NCBI GenBank assembly: GCA_050613775.1
Contig: JBODTK010000010.1
Span: 434,001-498,000, forward strand
Direction of reading: 5' to 3'
DNA length: 64,000 bases
From: Neocallimastix sp. 'constans'
Taxonomy: Eukaryota
Part shown: one piece after another, positions 17,350 through 36,814 of the stretch
Layout: each line of letters begins with the position of its first letter
Numbering within the stretch: position 1 is the stretch's first letter
The notes under the pieces: model-generated
Seen by the model: the letters and a program-made list of their open reading frames with translations, nothing else
Told to the model about the DNA's origin: nothing
The model's database searches: none
Made by a program: the position numbers and the translations under genes

Positions 17350-17947
17350 ACTATTATTTTTTCACTAAAAAAAAATAAAAGAAAAAAAAAATAAAATATA
17401 ATAAATTCTACTGATAATAGTAAATTGAATAAATACACATAACATATGATTTTATTTTAGTATACTATATATTGATATATATTAAATATTATATTATTAA
17501 ATATATTATTAATATATATATACATATTTCGGATAAATTTAAAACCATATATATTTGAAAATAAATTGCATTACTATACACCATTACCAAAAAAAGAAAA
17601 AAATAAAATTACTCTTTATTTTCAATAATAAATAATTTATATTAAATATGTAAATATAACAATTTATAGTCATAATTTTCAATTAAATAGAAAATATATA
17701 TATATATATTATTATTATTAATGCTCTTTTATTTTAGATTTTTTTTTTTTTTTTTTTTTTTTAATTTTTTATTAATTACTTTAAATTATATTACATTACA
17801 TTAATCTGATAAAAATGATAGTATTAAAATGTGATATGAATTAATTATTTTTATATATATAAATATATCAAAGTATTATTAAATTTATATTATGACAATT
17901 AATTACACTATATTTAAAAAATATAGTTTATATATTTATTAATTAAC

Positions 17948-19276
<1,329 letters not shown>

Positions 19277-20411
19277 TTATTATAAAAAAAAAATTAATTT
19301 AATTTTAAATTAAACAATAAGAAGTTTTTAATTTATATAATTAAAATTATTAGTAAATTAAACAATAAACTAGATATGGAATATAAAAATAAAAGAATTT
19401 TTTTGCTTTTTTATAGTTTAAATTATTGTTAAAGATTTAATTATTTATTTTAATTAGTTATTTTTTTTTCTTTATTTTAATAATCATGTAATCTATATTT
19501 CATAATTATTTCATTTTTGTTAAAATGAATTTTTTCAAAAAATAAAATTAAAAAAAAAAAAAAAAAAATATTATCTATTATAAAAATCTTAAAATGGAAA
19601 TTTATGTTGAGTTTTGTTAATGATTAACCAATAATATATTTTTAAAGTTTAAAAATTTTAAAATATTAGGTTCAATTTTATAAATTAAAATTTTTAAAAT
19701 CATATTAGCTTACACATAACAAATTATTAATTTTTTCATTGATTTTATTTGTTTTTTTTAAAAAAAAGAAAAATTCCTATGTTTCACAAAAATAATTAAA
19801 AAATTAATTATCCATAACTGAAAGATTTTAAATTCTTCTTTTATCACAAATGATAATTATATTTAAAAAAAAAATTAAAATATTAAAATAATCACTGATT
19901 TACTAATAAGATAAATTATAGAAAGTGAATTTTATTATTCAAATTATTAGGGTTTTATTTTATAAAATTTATGAGATAGTTATATAACAGTTTTAAAAAT
20001 TTTAAGTAAATAAAATAGTTTAATTAAATAAATAATATTATTTTGCTAAATAAATAATAGATATTTGTTATTGTAATGCTTTTTAAAAATATTTAAAACT
20101 AAATAAAAAAGTTTAATAAATGAAATTTATTAAATTTTTTTATTAATAAATTTTTTATATTTATATCATAATTAAAATACTATAATTTCTTTATTATTTT
20201 TTTATATTAATTAAAATCAAAAAATTTATTATTAAATAATTTTTTAATAAAATAATATTAACATCATATTATTTTATTATCTTTAAATTATTCCTTATGC
20301 ATATATTATTATTTGTAAAATATCAAATTATTCCTTTAAAAACCCATTTTTTATTATTTTTTTTTTTAATTAAAAATAATTTATATTAACTAATTAATAA
20401 TTAAAATAATT

Positions 20412-20442
<31 letters not shown>

Positions 20443-21103
20443 TAATAATAATAATAATAGTAGTAGTAGTAATAATGATAATAATAATGATAATAATAAT
20501 AATGATGATGATGATAAAGTACAATTTTTAAGTACAGCTTTTAATTGAAATAAAATAGTGATTTTTCATTTTTTATATTTTAATTTAATTTTATTGATAT
20601 TGTTATGTTAATAATTTAAAAAAAAAAAAAAAAACAAAGTTATTATTTATTATTTACTTATTTATTTACTTATCAAATTGAATTATATCTATTTTTAGTA
20701 TGATACATTCAATTTTTTTTTTTTTTAAATAATTAAAAGTTATGTTTAATTATTCGAAATAAATTATAATGAAATTATAAACAACGGACCTTTTTTTTTT
20801 TTAAAAAAAAAAAATAGTCATTTCTTATTTAACTATTTAATTATTTTTCTATTCTAATACGTGAGCATAATTTATTATATAAATATATATATTTATTTAA
20901 ATTTTAAATTTTAATAAAGAAAATAAAGATATATATTATTTATTATTTATTAATATACACTCAAAAATAAAATATAATATAAAATATATATATAATATAA
21001 AATATATAAAATAAAATAAAATAAAATAAAATAAAATAAAATAAAATAAAATATAATAAAATAAAATAAAAAGTAGAATATTAAATAAGAAAGTACAGAT
21101 TGA

Positions 21104-21290
21104 ATAAAATAAAATAAAATAAAATAAAATAAAATAAAATAAAATAAAATAAAATAAAATAAAATAAAATAAAATAAAATAAAATAAAATAAAATAAAAT
21201 AAAATAAAATAAAATAAAATAAAATAAAATAAAATAAAATAAAATAAAATAAAATAAAATAAAATAAAATAAAATAAAATAAAATAAAAT
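21104..21290. repeat. (AAAAT)n microsatellite
   Basis: More than 35 perfect pentamer units. Confidence 0.95.
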
Positions 21291-22127
21291 AAAAAAAATT
21301 AACAAATTAATTTATTTTTTTAGTAATCATAAATTAAAATAATAATATTAATAATATATATAATAAAGTATAACAAAAATTGGTTAAAATACTGCCATAT
21401 AACATTAAAACCATTGTATTATTTTTATTATTATCTAAAGTATTATAATTTTATTATTTTTATTATTATCTAAAATATTATAATTTTATAAGATGTTTAA
21501 TTAATATATTCTATAATGTACACATTTAATGATGTAAATCTTTTCATTTCATTTTATTCAATCTGTACTTTTCTTATTTAATATTCTATTATTAATTTTA
21601 TTTTAATTTATTTTAATTTATTTAATCTATACTTTCCTACTTAATATTCTATTTTATTATTTTATTTTATTTTATTTTGTTCAATCTGTACTTTAATTAT
21701 ATTAGTATTGTACTATATATTTTATTTTATTGTTATTGTCCATTTTTTATTTTTATTGGTTAATGGTTAAAATATTTTTAGAAATAATGTAAAGAAAAAA
21801 AAATTTTTTTTTTTTTTTAAAATTTATTCAGAAGTAATAATAACAGTAATAATAATAATAATAATAACAATAATAGTAATAGTAAAAAAAAAAAAAAAAA
21901 TTAAAAATAAAATAAAAATAAAAATAAAAAAATAATGTTAATCTAAAGGTATATAAATATTTACTATTTTCCTTTTTTTTTTTTTTTATAAATATTATAA
22001 ATAGTAAATAAAGTACTATCATATAAATAAAAATAATATTTATATAAATAATTATAATAAATATTAAAAAGTTTTAAATTATCTAATTTAAGTTTATTAA
22101 AAATACAATATAAAAAATTGTTTTTAA

Positions 22128-23597
<1,470 letters not shown>

Positions 23598-24986
23598 AAA
23601 GACAAAATAAATAACAAAAAAATTAAACATATAATTATTACCTGTATATCCATTATATAAATATATCAGATTTAATATATTTTATTATATACTTTAACTA
23701 TATCAAAATAAAATATTTATATCATTATTATTAAAATAAAAATTTCGATTTTGGACGCTATGAAGAACGTTTATCTATATATATTTTATAAATAACATTT
23801 ATATTTATTATATCCAAAAAAAAAAAAAAAAAAAAAAAAAAAATTAAATATTAAATAAATATCAAAATATATTTTTATTTTTAAGTATTTTCATTATTTT
23901 AGAATTAAATTAAAAAATTTTGAAAATCTAAAAATAAATTAAAAAAAAAAAAGAAAAAATATACTATAATACTGAGGAGTATAATATAAATAGGACTCAA
24001 TTTATATTATATTATTTCTTTAAAAACTATTTTTAACTTAAGTTAGCAAATTCATTTAACTATCAAAAAAAATTATTTCATTTTATGTATAATATATATT
24101 ATGAAAATATTAAATTATATGTAATTAATTAGGATTATTTTTGATATTAAAATGAAGTAAAATATATAAATATATTTTTATTTTTTTTTTGTTTTTTCAA
24201 AAAAAAAAAAAAAAAAAAAAAAAAAACTATTAAAAATAAAAGTTATGATGTACTTTATAAATTATTTAAATTATTATTAAAAAAAATTATATAAATAAAT
24301 AAAATAAACGAATTTATTATTACCATAAATTTTATTGAATTATACAAACATTAATTATTTTGTTATAATTGAACATATTGAGGTATAAATTATTACTGCT
24401 ATTTTTTCTTTATTTACATTTTGTAATTGTTATATATGATGTTTATGCGTTATTATATTAATTTATGTCATGATCTAAATAAGATTTATTTAGCATTATA
24501 TATATACAATTAGTACATTTTGATAATATTTTTTAATTATTAAAGTTCTCAATAATTGCGGCTATAAAAAAAATTCTTTTAATTATGGTTTTATTATTAT
24601 AATTACATTTATATTAAAATTTCGTATCAACAAGAGCTTCAATATTGAAACAATGAAGACAAAATAAAAAAAAAAAAAAAAAAAAATTCTAGTACAGATT
24701 CATAGGACAATTTTAAATCATATAAAATGATCACTGATTAATATAAAAAGCACAAAAAGTTCTTTCATCTATAAATAGTGTCTTTTTTTTTATTAATATT
24801 TTTTTTCTCTTGTATTTTTTTTTTTAATTAATTACTAAAAAATAATTAAAATAATTAAATTCATATTAAAAAATTAAATACTTTTATATTTAGAAAATTT
24901 TTATAATTTAACAGGGGATCCCCAATTTAACAATTAATAATCTAATCATTGTTATATAAAAAATAATCTAATCAGTTATACTTATA

Positions 24987-25033
<47 letters not shown>

Positions 25034-26104
25034 AAATCATTATCTACTATTATATATAATATTTTCCATCTTGATTATATATTAGAAATGGCTTTGTGGT
25101 GATTAAGTAGCTTTTGCCTTTAAAGAAAAAGCACACTTTTGTCACTAAACCTTCCGCTTTTATTGATTTTCTATCTCTTTCTTTAGTCATAGAAGAAAAA
25201 TGACTTTCTATATTGTTATTAATTTTATTAATAATTTTAGATATATTGTTTAAACTATTTTTATAGACAGATGATAATTTTGGTATAAATAAACATTGAT
25301 TTGAATATATTCTTTGCCTGATCTTAGCAACAGAAGCATTTTGATTTAAAAGAGATAAATATTTAGAAGCTATAGACGATTGTTGAGCAACTGGGGTATC
25401 ACTATTTTCATCATTAATTGTTGGTATAGAAATTATGATATATAATTATTTTTATTTGTATTTTTTTTTTTTTTATTTTTTATTTTTCATTTTTCATTTT
25501 TCATGTTATTTAAAAATTTTATATATTTCAATGAAAAAATGAATAAAATACACTAAAATATTTTAAAATATTTTTCTTAATTTATGATAAAACATATATA
25601 CAAGTTTTTTTTTTTTTTTTTTTTTAAACTTCATATACATTATTTTACAGTAGTAAAGACAATTAAAAATATATAAATACCAAATAATATATTATTTTTC
25701 ATATAGAAAAAAAAAATATATATATATATTATAGAACTTCTTTAACTCGTAAATTTTAAAATAAATATATTAAATTTTTATTGTATCAACAATAATTAAA
25801 ATTTTATCTTTTTATTCATAAAATTATGTAAAAAAATATGCTTTTTAATTAATAAGAGAATATAAAAATTAATATGAAATGATAAATAGTTAAAAATAAT
25901 CAATTGAATTAAAAAATATTTTAAAAACTATTATAATGGATAAATTTATTAAATATAAAATACTTCTCTTTTAATTGTTTTTAATTTTATATAAATCAAA
26001 TTAATGAAAAATTTATTATAATTATATTTTTTAAAGGTTTGAAAAAAAAATTCTTTAAATGTTAACAATATACAAAAATCAACACTATTTTTTTTTTTTT
26101 AAAA

Positions 26105-26338
26105 TAGTAGCTCATCGCATTCTAAACAGTGAGTTTCTTTTTTAATAGTGTTGCAAGTTGGAGTATTTAATCAAAAATAGATATTACAAACTTTTCTTAA
26201 ACCTAATAAATTAGTATTTATATCCTAGAAAACATAAAAAGTAGTAGCATAAATTAGAGCAGTTCTTGAACGCTTAGCTAGATCAACAAATTGACTAAAA
26301 TGAATATATAAAGTTTCAAAATATTATACTTCAGACAT
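26105..26338 (-). pseudogene. MET17: Decayed 5' fragment of MET17 (copy 6)
   Basis: Manual translation MSEV*YFETLYIHFSQFVDLAKRSRTALIYATTFYVF*DINTNLLGLRKVCNIYF*LNTPT aligns with the N-terminus of the intact copies. Confidence 0.85.
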
Positions 26339-28421
26339 TTTCATATATAATATTATTTTAAATAAATTAAATTTTTAAAAAATATTAATTTTAAAAGCTA
26401 TTAATTAATATTATATATTATTAATATATAAAATTATATAAAATTAATTAGCTCAATTTTTTTTTTGCTGAAGAGAAATTTTTAAATTATTGAAATATAT
26501 ATTTATTTATTTATTTATTTTTTTTTTATAAAAAAAAAGAAATTTCCTAATCTTTATTTTTTCATCAATTATATATATTGTAATATGTTTTATTTTAAAA
26601 TTTTCATCATATATATTACTTTATTATTTCTTATTATTTCTTATTTTTTTATTTAAAATAAATATATCATATCATAATCGTATTTCTTCATAACTTTATT
26701 TTTTTACTATTTTTTTATTTAAAATAAATATATCATATCATAATCATATTTCTTCATAAGTTCTTTATTTTTTACTATTTTTTTATTTAAAATATGAATA
26801 AATAAAAACAGATTTTCAAAAATAATAATAGTAATAATTTGTATATTTTCAACTAATAATATAAATATCTTTTCTATTAATATTTTAAAATATACTAAAA
26901 AATAGTTGATTTGGAATAATTATATAATTATATAAGGATAAAAATTATGTAGTACAAATTAATTAATTTACATTTATTTATTTATTTTTTAAAGAATTAA
27001 AAAAAATAAATAAAATTTTTTTCATAAATATTTTTAAAATATTTATGTAATATAAGTTTTAAAAAAAAAAAGGAAAAAAATATGTTAAGAAATTAAAAAT
27101 AATAACTTTTAATTTTTAATATATTATCTAAAAAATTATAATTATATATATTATTATCATATTAATTATATATATTTATAAATGTTTTTTATTTTAATAA
27201 TATTTTTTATTTATAAACTTCTAGTGAACATATTTTATTTTATTGATTGTAATAAAAATTCATTTTATGCTAAATACTTTTCCTTTCATTTTTTTTTTCT
27301 GTATTAATTTTTGATTTTTTCCATTAAAATTATTTATTCATTCATATATTTTATATAAATAAAATTTATTAACCATTTATGCACTTGAAGGAGAAGACCA
27401 TAATTTCTTTCAGATAATCAATTCAAACCCTAATTCGGAATAAGTAATATAGAGGTGAAGTTCATTGCCTATGAGCTTTTTTTCTTTATTTATTTATACA
27501 CTTTTATTTGGAACATTACTTTTTATTTTACATTATAATTAAAAATTTTATTCTATTCTAATTGAACAAATAATATTTATTTTTTTTTTTATTGATTCTG
27601 TGTTTTTTTTTTTATTTTTTAATAAAATTAAAAATATTCATGTAATTAATAAATGAATAAATAAATAAAGTTTAAAGTTCGCAATAATTGCGGCTGTAAA
27701 AAAAATAAAAAAAAAATAAAAAATTTTATGTAATAAATTTATTAAGTTATTTTATTTAATTGAATTTTAAAGTTAAGTTATTTCTATATTTATAAGATTT
27801 TTATTAGTTATTATTTTAAAAAATAAAAATAAATATAAATATAAAAAAAATATATATATATTAATTAACCATATCATACAATTTCATTCAAATAAAAATA
27901 AAATTCTAGTGAAAGAAATCTTTTCCATGTAAAGAGAAATAACTAATATTACTTAATCCTCTTCCTGTAATAATAAAGATAAATAAAGATAAAACTACTA
28001 ATACAATAAAATAAAACAATAAAGAATATCCTTTTTAATTAAAATTTAAAATTACAAATTAAAAAAAAAAAAAAAAAAAAGAGAGATATAATAATATATT
28101 TTTATTTGGTATTAATTAATAATTAGTAATTCATAACAATTTTATTAATTTAATTGGCTAAGTATATCACTAAATTATCTTATTTTTTCAAAAATAAATT
28201 TTTTTTACTTCAAATAATAAATTGGAACATGAAAAAATAATATAGAAATAAAATAATATAGAAATTTTTAATATAAAAACACCTTTATTTTTCATATTAA
28301 TTTTAAAATTCAGTTTTGAAAATTTTATTAATATTTTTATTCTTAATTATTTAATATTTATATAAATTTTTTTTTTTAAAAAAAAAAATTAAAGTTTTTG
28401 AAAATAAATTAAAATTAATAA

Positions 28422-29723
<1,302 letters not shown>

Positions 29724-31412
29724 ATTAAGGCATAACATTATTAATAATATTTAAATATAATAAAAATAAAAACATTTTTGAAGAATACATTTAAATTTAA
29801 CTATTAATAAATAACATTACATTAATAATTATTAATAATTTATAATTAATTACTATCTTCAAATATTTAATATAATTATAATTATAAAATATTTGTATAT
29901 ATATATGAAATATAATTAAATTTAAAAAATTGAATAAAAAAAATAAATAAATAAATAAATAAATAAATAAATATAAAAATAATAAATATAAAAATAATAA
30001 TTGAAATAAAAATAATACGTAATTTATTAAAATGTAATAAAATTTTACCTATTTATAAATTATAGTAGTTGGTATAATAATACTATTTACCTATTTATAA
30101 AAAGTAGTAAAGTAGTTAAGTGTTTATATATATAATAATTGTATATATTTTACTAAATTTTAATTTTTATTTTGTAATTATACATATTATGAAAATTAAA
30201 TTTAATGATTAATTTTATTTTGATTCAAGAGATACTATTAGTAAATACTGTATTATTTTATTTGATATATATTTTATTTTATTTTATTTGAGATTATGAA
30301 TTTTTTATTTTCAATCATCAATATAAAAAAATTTTTTTATTTTAAAATATTGATGTATATATTAGTTTTTTTTTTTTAATTCAAATTGAGGTTAATCATA
30401 ATAATTATATGAAATATAAATTAGTGTAAAAAGGAAATTAACAATTATAAAGAAAAGAAAACTTTTTTCATATTATTTTAAATCATTATAAGAATATATA
30501 ATTAATATTATTTATTAGTTTTGATTATAAAATAAATAAATAAATAAATAAATAAAAAAAAAGAAAATGAAATAAAGTATTATGTGAATAATAATAACAA
30601 TAACAAAAGTTTAGTATATACCATAGTTAACAAAATAATTTTTAAATAAAAAGAATAGGTATTTTACTTTTAATTACCATAAAAAAAAAAAAAAGATTTT
30701 ACTTTTATACAATTTATTAAATTATACTTAATATAATTTTTTAATAAAACAAAAGCACATTAATATTTTATATATTATTAATATTTAAATGATAAATAAA
30801 TAATATTATTATATATTTTTATAAAAATGAAAGAAGAAAAAAACATATATTTATATATATATATATGCTTAACTTTACATATTTTATTTTATTTTCAAAA
30901 TTACAAATTATCAATTATAATTATTATTACAATTATACATACGAATTAAAATATTTTATTATTGTACTTAATATATATTTTTACTTAATAAATAACCTAT
31001 TTTTAAAATACATATTTTTACAATATATAATATATTGTGTATTATTTTAAAAAACAAAAACATGTTTATACTAATATATATTTTTATTTTTGTAAAATAT
31101 AAGAAAAAAAAATACATATACATAGTTAAATTTCATATATTTTATTTAATTTTATTTAAAAAAATTACAAATTATCAGTTATTATTATTATTAATAATAT
31201 ATTATTATTATTATTATACATTATACAAAAAAATTAGTATATTTTATTATTGTATTTAATATATATTTTTACTAAATAAATAATTATATTATTTTCAAAA
31301 TATATATTTTTTATAATACAATATACAGTAGTTCATAAAAATATTATTTATTCATAAATATTATTACTATTGATAATGATAATAATATTCTAATTATTTA
31401 TTTTCAATCTTT

Positions 31413-32772
31413 TTATTGACATTGTGAGTACCATTGATTAATAACCTTACATGTACCTTGCTTACAGCATTTAGGTCCATTGAAACCAGATCCACCACAT
31501 TGAGCCCATAATGAACTACAGTTACTATTATTTGATTTATTATTATTATTATTATTAGATTTATTATTATTATTATTAGATTTATTATTAGATTGGTAAT
31601 TATTATATGAAGCAGCAGATGAGGAAGCAGCATTTGAATAACCACCAGAAGCGTTATTCTTGAAATAAACACTATCAGAAGCATATGAAATATTTCCTCC
31701 AAGGAATTCAGCAATAGATGGAACACTTGAGAAATTGGTGGCGAATGAAGCACGTCCATTTGGAGAATAGTTTGCACCAAAGCACTTATATTCACCAACC
31801 TTTGAAGTATTCTTGTAGTTATCATAACCAGAGAAAGTTAACCAACCTGGGTTCTTTAACTGAGATCCTGGAAGTTCAGTATTTGCAAAAATAACATAGC
31901 AGTTCTTTTTCCATAAACGACCTAAATAGTAATTAATACCACTGTCAACCTTTACTTGGGAATTAACAATAAGGAAACCTCCAGCCTTGAAGTTACCGTC
32001 TTCATTACCATTAGCAGTAATGTAAGCATCCTTGGCACCTTTGTTTACGGCGTGAATGACACAGCCATCAAAGACAGCACGACCGAAACCCCAAATGAAA
32101 TCAGTAACACCACGAATGTAACATTTTTTGAAGTATTGAGTACCTTGGTAAGAAAGTAAAGTATCTTGGTAACTTAAGAAATTACAATTTTGGAAGAAGT
32201 GATTGTTACCTAAAGAATAGAAAGCTGGAGCTTGAGCATTATTACCTGGGAATGGGGCAGTATTTTGGAAAGTGATATCAAATGCTTTAAAATTATTTGC
32301 TTGAACCTTAACAGTAGCACATTCAGCACTACTGCCGGTCTTAGCATTATTTAAATCTTTAGTAATAATAACTTTATCTTTATTTTCACCAATTAATGTA
32401 ACAAAGTGTTTTTTAATTGAAACTTGTTCATTGTAGGTACCGCTTTTAATGAATACAACACGTTCAGATGATGCTGAATTTGATAGAGCATCAATAGCTT
32501 GTTGAATCTAAATATTAATAATAATAATTTATATTATTTTCAAAATATTATTAATGATATAAATAATTTTAATTTATTTTTTTTTTTTTTTTTTTTTAAA
32601 TAATTATATCATTTAAAATAATAATAATAAAAATTTTTATATATACAGTCTTATAATTTCCAGAACCATCTTTTGCAACAATTAATGATCCTTTTGGTAA
32701 GTTATTTTGAGAGAAAGCATAAATTGCTTGAATTAAAAATGTTATTATTAAACAGTTCAGTTTACAGTTCAT
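31413..32772 (-). CDS. Secreted pectin methylesterase (CE8) + C-terminal CBM1, ~406 aa; exons 32772-32647 and 32507-31413
   Basis: Missed by the ORF track. Signal peptide [27 protein letters not shown], phase-0 GT-AG intron, QAPAF, YQDTL, TDFIWG, LGRLW, an Asn-rich linker and CBM1 [10 protein letters not shown]...NQWYSQCQ*. Confidence 0.9.
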
Positions 32773-33864
32773 TTTGTTTTATAATATTTACTATTCAATT
32801 TTATTTCCAAATTTTTAATTATAATAATAATATATAAAATTTAATAGAATTAAAAAAAAAAAATAAAAATAAAATAAAAATAAAAAAAAAAAAAATTAAA
32901 AAAAAAGTAAAAAATTAGTAATTATATAAGATATTTGAATTTTTATTTTTAGAATAAAAATTATTAATATTAGAATTTGTGTAATTGTTTTTAATAATTA
33001 AAAATTTATTTAATATATGTATATTTTTTATAATTAAATTTAACAATATATTTTACTATTTAATATATTAAATGTTTTAAATTTATATTCAAATGAAATT
33101 TTAAATAATTTCAATAATTTATTAAAAAAATTACAAATACAAAATCAATTAATATTATCTCAAAAATAAAATAATAATAATATATATATTAAAATAATTA
33201 ATTATAAATTGTTTTCTTAAAATTTATATAAATTTTTATAATATAATAATATTTAAAATTAAAAAAAAAAATTAAATTTCCAATAATCTTTATTAATAAT
33301 AATAAAAAATAATATATATAAATTCTCATAGGTCTATCTTTTTGTTTTTTTTTTTATTATTATTTTGGTATTGTGAAGTATAATAATTAATTATACAGTA
33401 ACTACATAAAAATTATTAAAGGAAGATTAATAATTTATAAAACATTAAAAATAATATGATAATATAACTATAAAATGAAAATATACCAATTTAATTAAAA
33501 ACAAAAATATATTAAAGATTGTATAAATAATTAAATAATAATGGATAGATAAATAAATTAATAAATAAAAATTGATAAAATAATTATAAATAAATGAAAA
33601 CAATAATTAAAATTAATAAAAAATTATAAATTTGAATGTTAGATTTAAAAAATTTATATGAATAAATTTGAATGTTAGATTTAAAAAATTTATATGAATA
33701 AAATAATTTGAAATCATTTAAAACAATAAAAAAGATAAATTTATTATATACATAATTTAATCTCTCTATACAATTTTTTATTTTTAAAAATAGAATTAAA
33801 AAACGAAATATAGAATTCGTATTTTAAAATTTCTCATTTTTAATATAAAAAATATAATTTTTTG

Positions 33865-33899
<35 letters not shown>

Positions 33900-34042
33900 T
33901 TTTTTTTACTCGGAAAAATACTGTTAAACTAAGAGTAAGATAAAATTTATTCATTTGTTCAATAATAAATATTATTATTATTGTATAATTAATACTTATT
34001 ATATTAATATTGAGATAGTTTATTATTTAATGATTGCTCATT

Positions 34043-34105
34043 TATGAATGGGAAGAGTTAGAGGTCATTTCATCCTCGAAACTCATAACATAATTTTTTA
34101 ATAAT
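34043..34105 (+). mobile_element. Minimal LINE 3'-tail fragment
   Basis: atgaatgggaagagttagaggtcatttcatcctcgaaactcataa is near-identical to 12248-12292. Confidence 0.6.
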
Positions 34106-34899
34106 AAAATTAGAGAGGATCAATTTAGTTAAGTATTAATTTTGACATTTATGAAATAAAATAAAATATTAAATTTATGATAAAAAAAATTTTTTAAAGC
34201 TTAAACTTTATTTAATATAAATAATAATCCTTAAAATCAGTTTTTAAATCTAATTATTATTATATATATTATGAAACAAACAAAAATAAAATAAAATAAA
34301 ATTCTAAATATAAATTTTAGCTTATGAATAATAAATTTAATAATTCATTTAAAACATGCCATTGTTATAAAAAGAAAAATAATATAAAATAAGTTATTAG
34401 GAAAAAAAATTGTATCCATAGCATTTTATATAATTTTTATTAACATCTTTATTATATAATTAATTTTTTTATTATTATAATTTTACGTTCAATATTGTAT
34501 CCACAAACTTTTATAAATATATATAATTTTAATTTTTAAACAAATCTTAATATTATTATTATTATTATTATTATTATCATTATTATTATTATTTTATGTT
34601 CAATATTGTATCCAAAGTACTACTGTTTTTATAAATATTATTAAAATAAATTTAATATTTAAATAATATTTATCATTATTATTATTCATTATTATTATTT
34701 ATTATTTTTAATAAAATTTATATTTAAAATTAAAATATTAATGAGATACTATTATATATAATTTTAATTTGTATATTTTTAATAATTATATATTTAAACT
34801 AATATATGTACTATTTATTATTAATTCTCTGTTGAATTTCTTATATTAAAAATTGAGATATTTAATATATTTTTCCTTTTTTTTTTTTTTTAATAATTA

Positions 34900-34933
<34 letters not shown>

Positions 34934-36814
34934 TATTTTACTATTATTATAATAAATATTAAATCTTATAAAATGTGTATATATTTTAATCTTATTGAAA
35001 TTAATGAGTGGTAATCTAAAATTTTAATAATTGCGGAATATTAATATATATTAAAATTTCCAAAAAAATAATAAAATTCATGAAACAATTAAATTTTCAT
35101 ATTTTCAAATTTATATTATTTTAAGTTATATTTATTTTTTTTTATCTATTTCATTTTTTTCTTTATTTGTTTTTTCTCCATTTATATTAATTAAATTTTA
35201 TTTTGTTTCATTTTTTTTTTTAAAATTCTTATATATATATGTTTATTAATAAATATTATAATTTTCCTTTATATAAATTAAAAAAAAAAAAATTAAAACA
35301 ATGATAATTATCTAATTATTATTATTAAAAAATAAATATTACTTAATTTACAATTATTTTACATTATATAGATATATACAACTAAACTATAAATGTTAAA
35401 GTTTCATTATGAAAGTATTATATTTATTAAAAGTTTTTTATAACGAACAAAACACTATTTAAAATAATTATATTTATCATTAATTGGTCAAAATATTGAA
35501 TAGATTATTGCTACTAATAATCTTGATAATACAAAATTTGATAAGAATTAATGACAAAATAATTGACTTAATGTATTCAGTATTACTTGTGAAAATATTG
35601 CAATTGCAGTACGCAATATCTCACACATTAATTTCTTTCTTTATAATAATAAGGAAAGAAATATGTTTTTTGAGTATATTCTTGAGTATATCTCACATAC
35701 TAATGCCTAAGAACTATATACACTATACTCTAATAAAAAGTAATCATAAAATTGAAATAATTTCTGTAACAAAATTTAGTAGTTAATTTTTTACTAGTTT
35801 TTTATGTAGTAAAAATTTTCTTTAAAAAATTTCTATATAAAATTATATGCCGTTGATTATATAAATAAAGTTCATAATTTCTTGATATTATAATTTATTT
35901 AATTTAATTATAATCCAATTATATATAAGAAAATTTCATTCTATAAATTGTGTGTAACATCACTATTTTTATTTACAAATTGAAATTATTCAAGTTTTTA
36001 TTAAATAAGCTCATTAAATTCAAATTTAATTTAAAAAATTTTCAAATTCAATTATAATTTAAAAAAAATATATATATAAAAAATTTGTTAAAATATAATG
36101 TTTTAATCATGGTAATTTCTGTCAACAAAAAAAAAAAAAAAAAGAAAAAAAAGATTAAAATAAGTAAGAAAAAAAAAAGATTTAGTACTTCATGCAATTA
36201 TAATGATATCTTTCTTTATCAGAAACTTTTTTTTTAAATAAAAATAAAAAATATTATATAAATAATTTATACATTAAAAGAATCGTTATGAAAACTATTT
36301 ATATTAATATAACTAATCAAATAAATTGATTAAACTTTAGTATTTTTATTCAAATCTAACTTCTATTATTAGATACTAAATAATTTATAATAATATATTT
36401 TAGCTTTACCAATAAAAATTCTAATATAATAAAAATTTATTTTTCTTAACCATATATTAATAAAAAAAAATAATAAATTTAATTTCAATACAAATAATTA
36501 TAAGAATGTAACTTTCGTGTAACAAAAACATAATTTTAATATAAATTATATTAAATATTTTTGGGTTTTTTATTATTAATCAATAATATTAATAGTATAA
36601 TTTATTAATTTAATATGTGCCACAAAATTTTTTTCAATTTAATATAAAATTTTTAAATAAAAAACTCAAAACAATTTTCGAAGTATATAAATATAACTTT
36701 TTTTTTTTTTTTTTTTTTGAAGAGAAACTAATAAAAAAAAATTAATAATTGTAATATAATTTTAAAATTTATTTTTTATTCAAGTACTTTAATTAAATAT
36801 TAAAAATTATTCAA

